Source of the DNA: Eledone cirrhosa
Taxonomy: Eukaryota
Reading direction: 5' to 3'
NCBI GenBank assembly: GCA_964016885.1
Contig: OZ024752.1
Coordinates: 17,918,001-17,982,000, forward strand
DNA: 64,000 nucleotides
Positions within the stretch are counted from its first letter, which is position 1; every line of letters starts with the position of its first letter. Below are positions 26,919-40,549 of the stretch, in pieces. Both the position numbers and the translations under genes were made by a program. The notes under the pieces are model-generated. The model searched no databases, had not been told where the DNA came from, and worked only from the letters and a program-made list of their open reading frames with translations.

Positions 26919-28394
26919 TGTAAATTCTTCCTCGTTCAGAGTGATCTCTTCGTTTTTCCGTGAGGAGTCGGCACAATGAGGGATGAAACGCCTATAAAAA
27001 TTCACCAAACCGAGGAATTCACGCAGTTTCCGAAGTGATGTAGGTGCGGGAAAATTGCGGATAGCTTCTACTTTCTCGGGAAGTGGACGAATGCCGTCTT
27101 TATCAATGATGTGCCCGAGAAATGACAGTGAAGGAACGCCGAGAAGGCACTTGCTGGGGTTGATGATAATACCGTACTCGATCAAACGTTGGAAAAGAAG
27201 ATCTAAGTGCTTCTCGTGTTCTTGCTAGGAAGTACTTGCAACAAGGGTAGATCACGTAACATGGTGTCAATAAACCGCTGAAAAGTTTGTGCAGCGTTGC
27301 GCAGACAGAACGGCATTCGCAGGAATTCAAATAAACCGAACGGTGTTGTGATTGCGGTCTTCGGAATATCAGCAGGCTCCATAGGTATCTGGTTATATGC
27401 ACGTACCAAATCTATCTTGGAAAAGATGCGTGCACCTTGCAGAGAGGCAGAAAAGTCGTGCAAGAGAGGTACAGGGTAATTATCGGGTACTGTAGAATTT
27501 TTGAGTGCACGATAATCCCCACATGGTCGCCAATCATTCTCGTTTTTTTTAGGAACAAGGTGTAGGGGTGCAGACTAGTTGCTGGAGGAAAGGCGAATGA
27601 TTCCGAGGTCCAGCATGTGTTGAAACACCTGTTTGGCGATTCTCAGTCGGTCTGGAGGCAGTCTCCTTGGTCGGGCAGCTGTGGGTGGTCCTCTTGTCTC
27701 AATGTGATATGTGACACTATGCTTAATAGGTCCATCCTTAAATACCGGGCGAGTGATGTCTGGGTATTTCTGGAGAATGCCGTTGTACCGCGAAGGCTCT
27801 GACTGGCAAATTACAGGGCTCACTGTGGATTGCGTGGTAAATATACCTCTCACAGTGTGGTTTGTGGTGGTGTCAATAAGCGTCCGGTTCTTCATGTCCA
27901 CCAGAAGGTTGAAGTGGTGGAAAAAATCGGCTCCTAAGATAGGGGTCGGCAAGTCTGCCACGACGAACACCCATTGTAAACGACGCCTCAGGCCTAAATT
28001 GAGGGTCAGTGATTTCTCCCCGAAAGTCGGAATTGACGATTGGTTCACTGCCTGCAGAAAGGACGGGGTTGGATGTCTTTTGCCCGAGACTAGTGAAACA
28101 GGAATAACACTAACCTGGGCTCCTGTATCCACGAGGTAACGGATGCCTGTCGCTTGGTCGTTGATAATTTGCAGAGATTGCCAGACACACGATTTTGACT
28201 GGGACTTCTGGATCTTCGACTGTGAAAAGGCCTGGATCGACTGTTGCTGCGTCGCCGGTGTGTGTGAAAGGTCAGGTTCTCTACTTGATTTGAGAGGGCT
28301 TTAATTTGACCAGCCCACTCTCTGATCGTGGCCCACAGCTCTGAAATCTCGGCCTCTGTCGTTGGTTGTGACATGTCCATGTTGGTATCTTCTT
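26919..28394 (-). mobile_element. Ty3/gypsy internal remnant (gag end, aspartic protease, RT), frameshifted
   Basis: Protease LVDTGAQVSV...ILGADF. RT motifs [51 protein letters not shown]. Confidence 0.9.
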
Positions 28395-28427
28395 AGGTTG
28401 CGTGTTCGAATCACGTCGGAGTCACCA
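28395..28427 (-). promoter_or_regulatory. Primer-binding site complementary to the tRNA-Trp 3' end
   Basis: Minus strand reads ...CTACA-AT-TGGTGACTCCGACGTGATTCGAACACGCAACCT. The plus strand matches the remembered metazoan tRNA-Trp 3' end including CCA. Confidence 0.8.
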
Positions 28428-28429
28428 AT

Positions 28430-28806
28430 TGTAGCGATGTGGTTAGTCAGTCTGGTCACTACTTCTGATCAGATCCGAGAATAACCCTTACAAGGACTGT
28501 TATCGCATACGGTCTGATCGGATCTGAGGGTAGCCCTTAAAATGACTGTTGTCTCATACGGTAAGGATGCACAGACGAAAGCATACATTGAAAGGACGAG
28601 CAAGGCGAGAGATGTAGTTTCTATCAGCTATTTATTTTTATACATGAAGCGACGATACAGAGGTACAAGGCGTGTGTGAGTGACAAGCATGGCAGAGGAG
28701 AGGAACAACGATACGCGGGTTGACTCTGCCAAAGGTCGACTGGCGAAAGTGTTTGGAATCACTCTATTTATGTTTAGCCGCTGCGTGGGCGTTTTATTTT
28801 GGTGGC
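28430..28806 (-). mobile_element. Gypsy 5' LTR (partial)
   Basis: Ends in CA 2 nt before the PBS. AATAAA on the minus strand near 28631. Internal duplication of about 49 bp at 28465-28562. The distal end abuts a PLE. Confidence 0.7.
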
Positions 28807-28807
28807 T

Positions 28808-31390
28808 TTAAGTGTTGTTTGAAGATCGATGTTGGTATAGGCGAGCTTTGAAAGAAGTTGCGGTACATCCGACGTAATACCATTTGTTGGTTCCGGAATT
28901 TATTGTACATCGGTAGACAATATTGCGTGCTAGGCACTGGTTATTCAGTGGGCACGTACCTGGTTTGGTGCAGTTACAATTATTTTTATGTTTTGCAGTA
29001 GAATCCTGGATAGTTTGGTGGGGTTGTAGTTGCGTGTTAGTGCGTTGTATGTTGCTATGCTGGTGCGCTGAGTCATTAGGGATGTACTTATTTAGTATTG
29101 CTGAGTTGAGTTTTTTAATTAGTTGTTCTATGTTAGGTGCAGTGGAGTATGAGAGTCTAATGGTGCGCGAGTTAAAGATTTTATAGTATTTATGTGAAGT
29201 TGTAAAGTGTTTATTGATTAGTGTATAGAATTGTGAGATAATCTTAGTGCTAATAGAAGTATTGTACACGGGGTTATACCATATGTACTCTCTACGTCTG
29301 ACCCTATTTGCTGGTTTGCACCTATTAGTATGCCTATTGATGTGTGTGTGGTGCAATACTAGTTCGACTTAGATGTGTTTTATTCATAGTACTTATGTGG
29401 TTATCGTCTAGATATTCTATTTTCTCGCAGTAACCAGCTTTTCTAAGTGCGTCATTATAATATTCAGCATGCTCGTTGAAGGTCTGCAAATTAGACGACA
29501 GTCGGGAGATCCTTATGGATATATTTTTAGGGATAGATTTAATAATGGAATGGGGATGGTTCGATTTTACATTAACGTACTTGAGATTTTCATTAAGTTT
29601 GTGAAATGGCTCTATATTACCGTTATTAAGGTTGAAGGTGACATCCAAGAAGTTGACCACCTTAAGATTGTGTTCGAAGGTAATATTAAGCCCTAGTTCT
29701 AAGAAAAGTTTCCTAATGTTTTTACGTCGCCTTTCTAGGTTTTGTTTGTTCATATTCTTGACTAATAGAAGTGTATCGTCGCGGTATATTCCGCCGTGGA
29801 GGTCCGTAAATTCGCTCTGGAGTCTATGGGCTATATAGATCCCAACCAGATCCGTGACCTCCGCCGAATCATTAGAACCCATCGTAATGTCGAATTCCGA
29901 GGGTCTATCTCTGCGGACCCAATAACTATTTTCAAAGTGCACTACTGTGCGTCTAGCTTCAAGTATAATATTAATTTCCTCGTTTGTGAGGTCCGAGTTA
30001 GTCTTAGCGAAAGAGAGGGCCTTATGCAGGGTTTCGGGTGAAATAGAGGAATAGTATTCATCTATATCGAATTGAATAAAAGAAGATTTGTTTTTGTCCC
30101 TAATGTTATTGAACCATCTTATTGCCTGATGAGTATTACCCCATAATTTAATATCTACCTTAGCCTTAACTTGGGGGATAATACGATCTAATATGTACTT
30201 ACTAATTCTACCTATATCGGACTTTGAAGGACATATTAATCTAATTTTAGGGTTAGTATCGAAGTTATCCTTATGGTCCTTCAGATTAAAAGTCGGTGTA
30301 GCTGGAGATAGGGGTACCGTTCTGTCGTCAATTTTCAGTTTCTTAACAATATCACATGCTGCGTTATTAATGTTGGTTAGTGTAGTTGCGTTTGTTTTTT
30401 TGTACTTCCTATGTAATTCCTTACGTATAAAATTATTATATGTTTCTACATCCAGGGTGTATAGATTCGATGTTTTGTCTGCCTTTATGATAATTCCTTT
30501 GGTATTCCTTAGGTTGTCGAGTAGAGTTTTAATATCTCGTTGCAGTTCGTTTTTCCTTCCGTTTGTAAATTTGATTCCGGTTATCATTTTCATTAAGTCC
30601 TGTTCGAAAGAATCCAAAAGAGGGTTAGAGGGTGGGTTTTTGTAGGATTTGAAACCAAACTTATCGTTGTTGGTGTCGGAAGTTTGTGTAATCCTTTTCC
30701 TGTCGAAGTGGAAGGCCCTCCATCTAATCCGCCGAATAAATTCGTTGGTCCTTTGTATCATACCAAGAATGTATTCTTTTTTACCCTGAATGGGTATGTT
30801 TTTTAAGGACATACCACAATGATGTTTTTCCATTTCAGAGACGTAGGTTGATAGGTTGCTCGACTGTAAAGGAGTGTGAAGAATTAGTAAATTTGTATTC
30901 CAATGTTACTAAGTAGTTGCATTGGATGGAGTCAACCGACGTCGGAGATTGCTCAACGTATAATAAAGTGTGTTTTAAAATCCGGAGAAAATATGAAGAA
31001 GAAGTTTATGAAATGGAAATGCGGGTATAAAGAATTTATTAGGTAACAATTGTTTCTATAGTGTATGGGTTACCTATACCTCGCTATTTGAATAATATAA
31101 AAATATTATCATAAACCGAAGGTACACTGTAAGCAAACACACCATGTCGTCAGACCTTTGTATTGGAATGATATGGAAATATTTTATACACTAGATAAAA
31201 GAGAAAGAAGGAGGTAGGAAGAGAAGGGGAAGAGGGAAGTGAGTAAGGTGGAGGGAGTCCTAGGATTTAAGACTGTCAGACTAGTAGAGATTGTAAGGAG
31301 AGAATGTTTTGGCAGCAGTTAGCTTAATGAGGCGTGTTAGGGTTGGCGGGGGAAGTAAATTCTTCTAGTGGTGTTGTTCGGACAAAATTT
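28808..31390 (-). mobile_element. Penelope-like element, Naiad-type (RT plus GIY-YIG), with upstream pseudo-LTR
   Basis: ORF 30833-29334 has SLKNIP..RIRWRAF, KADKT, FDITMGS, GIYRDD, FLDVTF. It continues after a frameshift (29356-28808) with WYNP, CNC-x5-CPL-x3-C and IVY..YVG. The 3' end is truncated. Confidence 0.92.
31041..31157 (-). ncRNA. Type-I hammerhead ribozyme motif, long stem II (family A)
   Basis: AGGT-CUGACGA-[90 nt hairpin]-GAAAC-AAUU-GUU-ACCU on the Naiad sense strand, upstream of the ORF. Confidence 0.8.
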
Positions 31391-31760
31391 TTGTTCGATT
31401 TTACATTAACGTACTTAAGATTTTCATTAAGTTTGTGAAATGGCTCTATATTACCGTTATTAAGGTTGAAGGTGACATCCAAGAAGTTAACTTGTCTGTA
31501 ACTCTGTACCACTTTGACCTCTTTAACTAAATTTTGTCCGAACAACACCACTAGAAGAATTTACTTCCCCCGCCAACCCTAACACGCCTCATTAATCTAA
31601 CTGCTGCCAAAACATTCTCTCCTTACAATCTCTACTAGTCTGACAGTCTTAAATCCTAGGACTCCCTCCACCTTACTCACTCCCTCTTCCCCTTCTCTTC
31701 CTACCTCCTTCTTTATCTTTTATCTAGTGTATGAAATATTTTCATATCATTCTAATACAA

Positions 31761-31877
31761 AGGTCTGATGACATGGTGTGTTGGCTTACAGTGTACCTTC
31801 GGTTTATGATAATATTTTTATATTATTCAAATAGCGAGGTATAGGTAACCCATACACTATAGAAACAATTGTTACCT
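31761..31877 (+). ncRNA. Type-I hammerhead ribozyme motif, long stem II (family A)
   Basis: AGGT(31761)-CTGATGA(31765)-stem II 31772-31861-GAAAC-AATT-GTT-ACCT. Confidence 0.8.
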
Positions 31878-31915
31878 AATAAATTCTTTATACCCGCATT
31901 TCCATTTCATAAACT

Positions 31916-32043
<128 letters not shown>

Positions 32044-32190
32044 TATTTTCCGTTGTGTTGTAATATAAATATTACACACAGTAGATTATCAGCTCACGTA
32101 GAGTTTGCTCGACGGTTCCAGTTGTAGTTCCAAAAGTAATCCGGAGAAAAATAGAAAGATTTGAATGGATACAGTTTAGTTGAAAGGAAT

Positions 32191-32307
32191 TTATTGACAC
32201 GTGTTTCTATAACAGTTACATAACCTAAAACAGCTATCTACAAACTTTTAGTTATGCAGACATTCAATATTTCAATGTTATTATTTACTGTCATTTCATC
32301 AGAATAA
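32191..32307 (-). ncRNA. Type-I hammerhead ribozyme motif, long stem II (family B)
   Basis: Reverse complement of 35454-35570. Confidence 0.82.
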
Positions 32308-32872
32308 TATTACTGAGGACCTATTTAGTTTTTATAGAGAATATTAGGAGGGAGGGGTGAAGTTGTTAGAAGAATAGTTGAAGGAGTGGTTTTTCGATAG
32401 CAGTGTGAATTCTTGGTGGCAGTGAGTAATTAGATTCCCATCTGTTGTTTTGACATTTTTTATGGAATATATTATTGGTTATTTTTCTAAATCTATAGAA
32501 GGATTAGAGATAGTAAAGATATGCGTGGTTGGTTTTGTGTTTGCACTTAACATTCAGACTTAAATTTTTCTTTCAAGTGTACGTATTCTTTCACCCACGC
32601 ATTCACACACAAATATATTTGCACACCTCTACAAAATACATATACTCACAATTCACATATTCATACTTACATATATATACACATGCATACACATATATAT
32701 ACACACATGTATTCATGTACATACATACGCGCTCATGTGTATACATTTTCATACTCAACTTATCTTTATATATACACACGTATAGACACACACATATATA
32801 CATACATACTCTAGTCCATGTGTACACACATACACATACATACACATCCATATACACATACATACATACACA

Positions 32873-32972
<100 letters not shown>

Positions 32973-34785
32973 CACACATACACACATATACACATACACA
33001 CATATATATATATATATATAAGCACTTTAATACATGAATACACTTACATCTAACTATACACATCAAACATATATATATATTTACTTATTTATATACATTT
33101 TCACATATATATACATACTTATGGACGTTTTTAGACACATTCATTATCGCATATTTGTACCTATTCTCATCAGCATATCTTTTTATTATTAGTATGGTAA
33201 TTTAAGGTTATTAATATATGTTGAGAAGAGATTGTTTTTATATTTTTCTAACTAGATTAAGGTTTATATAGTTGGGGGATGTCCCTCTTTTATGTAATAT
33301 TCGGCTTGTAGTGGGAAAAAAGGGTTTTAGTTCTGTGACGGCAGAATAATGTTCGTTCAATTCTGTTATTCAGCAGTTTCTTCTTGTGTGTGATTATGTA
33401 ATAAATCTCAAGATTACACAATTTGCAGAAATTTTGGCTCCTGGAAAAGCTTTGGGTTTTAGCTAATTTTTCCCATTTTAGGGTAAACTTTTGATTGCTA
33501 TCCCTGAGCGTCCAAGCTTTTTCTGCTAAAGTTGTTACATTTCTTTGGCTCTGGTGTTTTATTGAGTAAGAATGCCTATACAATCGAGATTTAAACGATG
33601 TTGCCGTTGATCCCACGTAATACCACTCGTTGCCTCCGGATTTAATGGTACACTTATAAATAATATTTTTTAAATAAAGAGTACTTATGGTATAACCCCG
33701 AATACAAAAGAGTACTTATGGTATAACCCCGAATACAATAGCTCCATTAGTACAAATTTACCAGTACTCTTCTTTAAAATAATTAAAAGACATTTTCCCA
33801 CATCACACAAATACCACAAAATCCTAAACCCTACCACTATAAGACTGTCATACTCTACAGCGTTAAACCTTGAACAACACATAAAAAAGATCAATACTAG
33901 AAGGTTAAACGAAAACACTAAGAACTTAAGTACAAAGAACCCCAAAAAAACAGTAGACAATACACTACAGAACATAAATAAACCACACCTAAGTTCGTCC
34001 GCAATACTACTCCAGAGAAAACCCAACGTACACAACTGTAACTGCACCTATCCTGACAACTGCCCCCTCGGCAATAACTGCCTGGAAAAAAATATTATTT
34101 ATAAGTGTACCATTAAATCCGGAGGCAACGAGTGGTATTACGTGGGATCAACGGCAACATCGTTTAAATCTCGATTGTATAGGCATTCTTACTCAATAAA
34201 ACACCAGAGCCAAAGAAATGTAACAACTTTAGCAGAAAAAGCTTGGACGCTCAGGGATAGCAATCAAAAGTTTACCCTAAAATGGGAAAAATTAGCTAAA
34301 ACCCAAAGCTTTTCCAGGAGCCAAAATTTCTGCAAATTGTGTAATCTTGAGATTTATTACATAATCACACACAAGAAGAAACTGCTGAATAACAGAATTG
34401 AACGAACATTATTCTGCCGTCACAGAACTAAAACCCTTTTTTCCCACTACAAGCCGAATATTACATAAAAGAGGGACATCCTCCAACTATATAAACCTTA
34501 ATCTAGTTAGAAAAATATAAAAACAATCTCTTCTCAACATATATTAATAACCTTAAATTACCATACTAATAATAAAAAGATATGCTGATGAGAATAGGTA
34601 CAAATATGCGATAATGAATGTGTCTAAAAACGTCCATAAGTATGTATATATATGTGAAAATGTATATAAATAAGTAAATATATATATATGTTTGATGTGT
34701 ATAGTTAGATGTAAGTGTATTCATGTATTAAAGTGCTTATATATATATATATATATGTGTGTATGTGTATATGTGTGTATGTGTG

Positions 34786-34872
<87 letters not shown>

Positions 34873-35453
34873 TATATATATATATATATGTGTATGTATG
34901 TATGTGTATATGGATGTGTATGTATGTGTATGTGTGTACACATGGACTAGAGTATGTATGTATATATGTGTGTGTCTATACGTGTGTATATATAAAGATA
35001 AGTTGAGTATGAAAATGTATACACATGAGCGCGTATGTATGTACATGAATACATGTGTGTATATATATGTGTATGCATGTGTATATATATGTAAGTATGA
35101 ATATGTGAATTGTGAGTATATGTATTTTGTAGAGGTGTGCAAATATATTTGTGTGTGAATGCGTGGGTGAAAGAATACGTACACTTGAAAGAAAAATTTA
35201 AGTCTGAATGTTAAGTGCAAACACAAAACCAACCACGCATATCTTTACTATCTCTAATCCTTCTATAGATTTAGAAAAATAACCAATAATATATTCCATA
35301 AAAAATGTCAAAACAAAAGATGGGAATCTAATTACTCACTGCCACCAAGAATTCACACTGCTATCGAAAAACCACTCCTTCAACTATTCTTCTAACAACT
35401 TCACCCCTCCCTCCTAATATTCTCTATAAAAACTAAATAGGTCCTCAGTAATA

Positions 35454-35570
35454 TTATTCTGATGAAATGACAGTAAATAATAACATTGAAATATTGAATG
35501 TCTGCATAACTAAAAGTTTGTAGATAGCTGTTTTAGGTTATGTAACTGTTATAGAAACACGTGTCAATAA
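35454..35570 (+). ncRNA. Type-I hammerhead ribozyme motif, long stem II (family B)
   Basis: TTATT-CTGATGA(35459)-[88 nt; ATGACAGT/ACTGTTAT stem]-GAAAC-ACGT-GTC-AATAA. Confidence 0.82.
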
Positions 35571-35604
35571 ATTCCTTTCAACTAAACTGTATCCATTCAA
35601 ATCT

Positions 35605-35647
<43 letters not shown>

Positions 35648-35746
35648 TATTCAAATTTCAGTTGGAAACAGAAAAGGTCATAGAAATGAAGAGTGCTCTA
35701 TGTAAGTATCAGAGCAAAATTTAATGTATAAAATCAATACAATATA

Positions 35747-35824
35747 ATTACCTCATTACCAGAGGTTTCCCGAATGAGGCGAATACGAAATAAACGACTT
35801 CATTCGTTCGTCAGACGAGGCAAT
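35747..35824 (-). ncRNA. Type-I hammerhead ribozyme motif (family C), mirror copy
   Basis: Reverse complement of 35865-35942. Confidence 0.8.
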
Positions 35825-35864
35825 ATAAAACATGGGCAAATACTAGTATTTACCCATGTTTTAT

Positions 35865-35942
35865 ATTGCCTCGTCTGACGAACGAATGAAGTCGTTTATT
35901 TCGTATTCGCCTCATTCGGGAAACCTCTGGTAATGAGGTAAT
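35865..35942 (+). ncRNA. Type-I hammerhead ribozyme motif (family C)
   Basis: ATTGCCTCGT-CTGACGA-A-CGAATGA...TCATTCG-G-GAAACC-TCT-GGTA-ATGAGGTAAT, with a 10-bp stem I and a GUA site. Confidence 0.82.
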
Positions 35943-35965
35943 TATATTGTATTGATTTTATACAT

Positions 35966-36049
<84 letters not shown>

Positions 36050-36194
36050 TTAAGGTTAACTTTGTTGCAATTCCATTCAAGCACACAACGTACTTTTACC
36101 ACATAGCAGTGACGGAGTATATTTAGAATAAGAAAATGCAAAGTAGTTTCAGATTTGTCATTATAGGACTTAAATAACAGCTGAAGCTTCTTTG

Positions 36195-36362
<168 letters not shown>

Positions 36363-36418
36363 AAATTGAAAAAGTGGAGAATGACATGGTCAACAGTAGA
36401 AAAAAGGGGATTTATTTG

Positions 36419-36528
36419 CAGTCTAACACTTGTTTCATTCATAGAGTTGTCTAAAAGTTGCTGAACACTAAAAATAGTGCCACTCAATTTTAAATACGAT
36501 GTTAACTCTACTAGATCATCGGAAACTG
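36419..36528 (-). ncRNA. Hammerhead-like motif with a CCGAUGA core and long stem II (family D)
   Basis: CAGTTT-CCGATGA-..TAGAGTT...AACTCTA..-GAAAC-AAGT-GTT-AGACTG. Confidence 0.6.
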
Positions 36529-36827
36529 TTAAAAACATATATATGTGTAACCGGCTAATTTACAAATTCAAATTACATCATCAATAATAATATTAATAAT
36601 AAAGATATAGAGAGAAAAGGAGGAAGAAAGTGAGATAGATAGAGTAAAGAAAGAAAGGAAAGGAAGGAGGAAGAAGAAGGAAAAAGAAAAAGAAAAAGAA
36701 AAAGAAAAAGAAAAAGAAAAAGAAAAAGAAGAAGAAATGGACAAATTATTACAGATAGTAATATAAAGAGAGGAAGATATATAGAAGATGGTGGTAGATA
36801 GAGAGACAAACATAAGTAGAAATAACT

Positions 36828-37212
36828 GTTTCTACTTTAGGCACAAGGCACAAGGCAAGCAATTATCCCAGTACATTACTGGTACTTTATTTTATCGAAC
36901 TCGTAAGGATGAAAGGCAAAGTTAACCTCGGCGGGATTTGAACTCAGAATGGCAAAGGCCGTAACTCTATGCATCAAAACATGGCGTCCGACCCTCTACC
37001 AATACTGCCAATTCACCGCCCTGACACATATATATATAATTGTTTCTACATTTGGTACAAAGCCAGCAATTACTCAGTACATTACTGGTACTTTATTTTA
37101 TCGATCCCGTAAGGATGAAAGGCAAAGTTAACCTCGGCAGGATTTGAACTCAGATCGTAAGGGGAAGTAACTATGCTGGAAAGCATGTGCGATCCTCTAC
37201 CGATACTGCCAG
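36828..37212 (-). mobile_element. Two tandem tRNA-derived SINE copies
   Basis: Shared SINE core at about 36870-36950 and 37075-37155. Confidence 0.8.
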
Positions 37213-37335
37213 AACATTATTGTGTACAGTGCTCAGGTGTACTACAACTAGTCTAATGTCCATGTATAGTACATAGAGTAATGTAGAAATGTCTGGAAGT
37301 GAAGCATAAAAACATTGAAGCATATTTAAAGATGC

Positions 37336-37555
37336 CTAGCAGAGGTACCCGGCGTTGCCCGGTATAACTCTCAATGGAGTAGTCGTTCAAATGAACCGAA
37401 AGACTTCCGTTAAACACGACTATAGAAGTAACAATTTGTAGGTGTTGGCCCTAAAGAGAGCCTTTGAATGCTCACTTTGAAATATCTCTGCGGCGGTGCT
37501 GCCAGCAAAGACGAATCCGATGGTAACAATTTAAAGTTGGTGGCTCTAAAGAGAA
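37336..37555 (-). mobile_element. Helitron 3' terminal fragment
   Basis: Matches 23366-23580, with the hairpin followed by a canonical CTAG. Confidence 0.85.
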
Positions 37556-37763
37556 TGACAAGGGCCGTAACTCTATGCGTCAAAGCATGGCGTCCGACCT
37601 TCTACCGATACTGCCAATCCACCGCCCTATAACGTAGGATAGAAAGAAGAGTAGAGGGACAAATAACTGAATAAAGGTTAATTCATGAATAAATGTAAAT
37701 AAAAATAAAAGTAGATACATAAACAATATATGAAAAAATATATAAAAAACATATAAAAATTGA

Positions 37764-37794
<31 letters not shown>

Positions 37795-40549
37795 GTTATA
37801 TCTAATGTGATATAAAATGGTATAAAATGTGAAAAATGAAGAATACAAATAAATACGTAAAAGGAGTAGAAAGAGTAAAAATGTGCGAAGAATATTTAAA
37901 CATATTAAAATTATTGAGAATGGTTTTTGAGAATTGTTGAAATATATGGAGAGATAATAAGGTGAAAATATAATAATGTTAAATATATTTATGTGTGTAT
38001 TGGTTATTTTAATAAATAAATTAATTAATTAGTTTTAAGTTATATTATATGATAAAATAAAATGACAGAGTTGAAATAAATTTAGGGAGAGAAATATAAA
38101 GATAAAGAGTGAAAAATAAGAATCTAAATATAAGAGGATTTGATGTTGTTCTTTGATAGATGATGACAATTATAATTATAATTATAATTATAATAATGAT
38201 GATGTTGATAATGTGATATCATAATAGATCCACGTGGTACAATCTGGGTTATGGAATAGATAAGATGGAATTAAGCTGGTCTAAAGTTCTCAAATTTAGT
38301 TGCCGATTTATGTCGACAAAAAATAGTTTTTTCAATTTTACTGTTAAGAAGAATTTTGTTGTAATTTAAAATTTGAAAAAGTTCCATATTACAGAGACCA
38401 CAGTGAGACATATCAATTTGATAGCTTTGTCCAGCTGATTTTATATTCCATGTTTGCATCTTTAAGTTGCCAGATTTTATTGGCGAGAATCGTTGTCTTT
38501 GAGAGATTCCTGTTAGTCATAGAGTGTCTATGTACGTACCACCTTTTCTTAAACTCCCAGCTGTGGAACCAATGTAATGCCATGCTAAGCTACCTGAATT
38601 TATAGTACATAGGTATACTATATTTGTCTCTATGCATCTGTTTTCTAAAGGGCATTTGTCAGGTAGGTGGCAGTTACATTTAGATGCTTTTCAATGCGCC
38701 GGTTCTTCTATATGGTTTTGTAGCTTGCTATGTATGGGCTGAGAATTGGGTTTGTTGATGTATTGTGGTGATGTGCTCTGACGTGTGTTTGGTTGTGATG
38801 ATGTTATATGCTTATGTTTTGTATTAGGTGTTATGGTACTTATTTGCGGGCCACTTGTATTATAAATTCTTTTATAGTTAATTTTTTGTATGTGCGATTC
38901 TATGTTGTTGGCAGTGGAGAATGATAGTTTGATAGTTTTTCTATTAAAAATTTTATGATATTTATGAATTTTAGGGAAATGTTTGTCAACTAATTTGAAG
39001 AAAGTGTAAGGTAGCTTAGTTTTTATAGAGGAGTTAACCATTGGATTGAACCATAAGTAGTTTCTATTTCTGCATCTTCTATAGTTATTAGTGGTCTTTG
39101 TATTAGTATTCTGTTCTTTTAATTTACGTGCTTGTTGCCAATTTTTATGCTTAGTCCTAGGTTTGTTGTTTCTATAGGTGTGGATGGTGCTATTAATATT
39201 AAATGTGTTGTTATTTTTTGTATCTGGTATGTATTTGAGTCTTTCTTTATGGCCTGCCTTAAGTAAAGCTATGTTGTAGTAGTTAGCGTGTTCATTAAAC
39301 ATTTATATGCTAGAAGATAGGCTATATATTGTAAGGGATATACTATGTGCTATGGAGTTACTTATGGATCGATGGTGATTAGAGTTATAATCAATGTAAG
39401 CTAAATTTTCATTATTTTTATGGAAGGGTTCTATTAGTGCTGAGTTAAGGTTGAGCGATACATCTAAGCTTTTTTAGAGTTGGGTTCAAAAGTGATGTTA
39501 AGGCCTAAATTATTAAAGAATTTTCTAATCTTTTTCCTTAATCTTTCCTTAACCTTGTAGCTTATCAAATTCCCCACGTAAGAAATGTGTTATATAAATT
39601 CCAACAATGTCTGCAATTTGGGCTGAATCATTTGATCCCATAGTTATATCGAAGTTATTCTGTCTATTTTTTCGCTCCCAGTAACTATTGTCGAATTTAA
39701 TTATTGTTCTTCTAACAGCTAGTATTATTTTAATTTCATCTGGTGAAAGGTCAGAGTTTTTTTGTGCAAAGGATAGTGCCTTATTTGGGGTAATTGGGGG
39801 ACATAGAAGAGTAGTAGTCATTTATGTCAAATTGTATAAAGTCGGAAGATTCTCTATTGTCTAATTTATTAAACCCATCTATTGCTTCATTTGTGTTACC
39901 CCAGAGCCTGATTATTAGTTCTTCTTTTATTTGTGGTATTATTCTATCTAGTATAAACTTGCTAATTCTGCTTATTTCTGATTTTGTTGGACATATTAAT
40001 CTAATAGTAGGGTTAGTTTCGAAGTTACATTTATGATCCTTCAGATTAAAAGTGGGTGTACAGGGGTTTAGAGGTTCTGTTCTATCGGATATTTTAACAT
40101 CAATGCACTACTAAAAAAATTACGTAGCACCAACGGTATTATAGTAAAGGCAGACAAAACATCAAATGTATATACCATGAGCCTTAATACATACAACAAT
40201 ATTATACGCCGGGAATTACATAAAAAACACAAGAAAACTACAGAGTCTACACTCAATAGCATTAACAAGGAAGGTCTTAACATAATAAAAAACTTAAAAT
40301 AAATATTCTAAAGAGATTACGCAATAGTGATTGCCTAAACACGAGAAATGAATTCTTCACACGTTGTCCACACGTCTGGAAACACCTGTTTCATAACTAC
40401 AAAGCTCCGGATTGAATTACAACAACATCCTAATTTTCTTATCAACCAGAAACTTTCGGACTTTCGCAGCTTAGTATTGCCTGTGTGAAATCATCGTTTC
40501 TGCGCATGCGCGTTCGTACGGTTGTCCCTCCTGTTCCGTATAATCATGT

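Larger units (their letters stand above)
35722..35967. repeat. Near-perfect 246-bp palindrome centred on TACTAGTA (35841-35848)
   Basis: Arms are reverse complements with no spacer and one mismatch near the centre. Confidence 0.95.
36365..40300 (-). mobile_element. Naiad-type PLE copy, decayed, 5'-truncated with an inverted 5' segment (about 40097-40300), interrupted by SINE and Helitron pieces
   Basis: RT and GIY-YIG fragments at 38271-40095 are very similar to 59096-60980. The KADKTSNVY segment lies on the plus strand at 40130-40300. Confidence 0.85.

Noticed and set aside
28395-28427. tRNA-Trp gene
   Set aside because: Only the 3' portion with an encoded CCA is present, directly beside an LTR end, so it is a PBS.
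35459-35558. Long stem II as a true SECIS element
   Set aside because: The apical AA spacing is not conserved among families and no Sec codon is seen in the ORFs.
38691-38693. In-frame TGA just before the CNC motif as selenocysteine (Sec-coding Naiads exist)
   Set aside because: The sister copy has Arg (AGA) at this position, so it is a nonsense mutation. The cysteines themselves are TGY-encoded.
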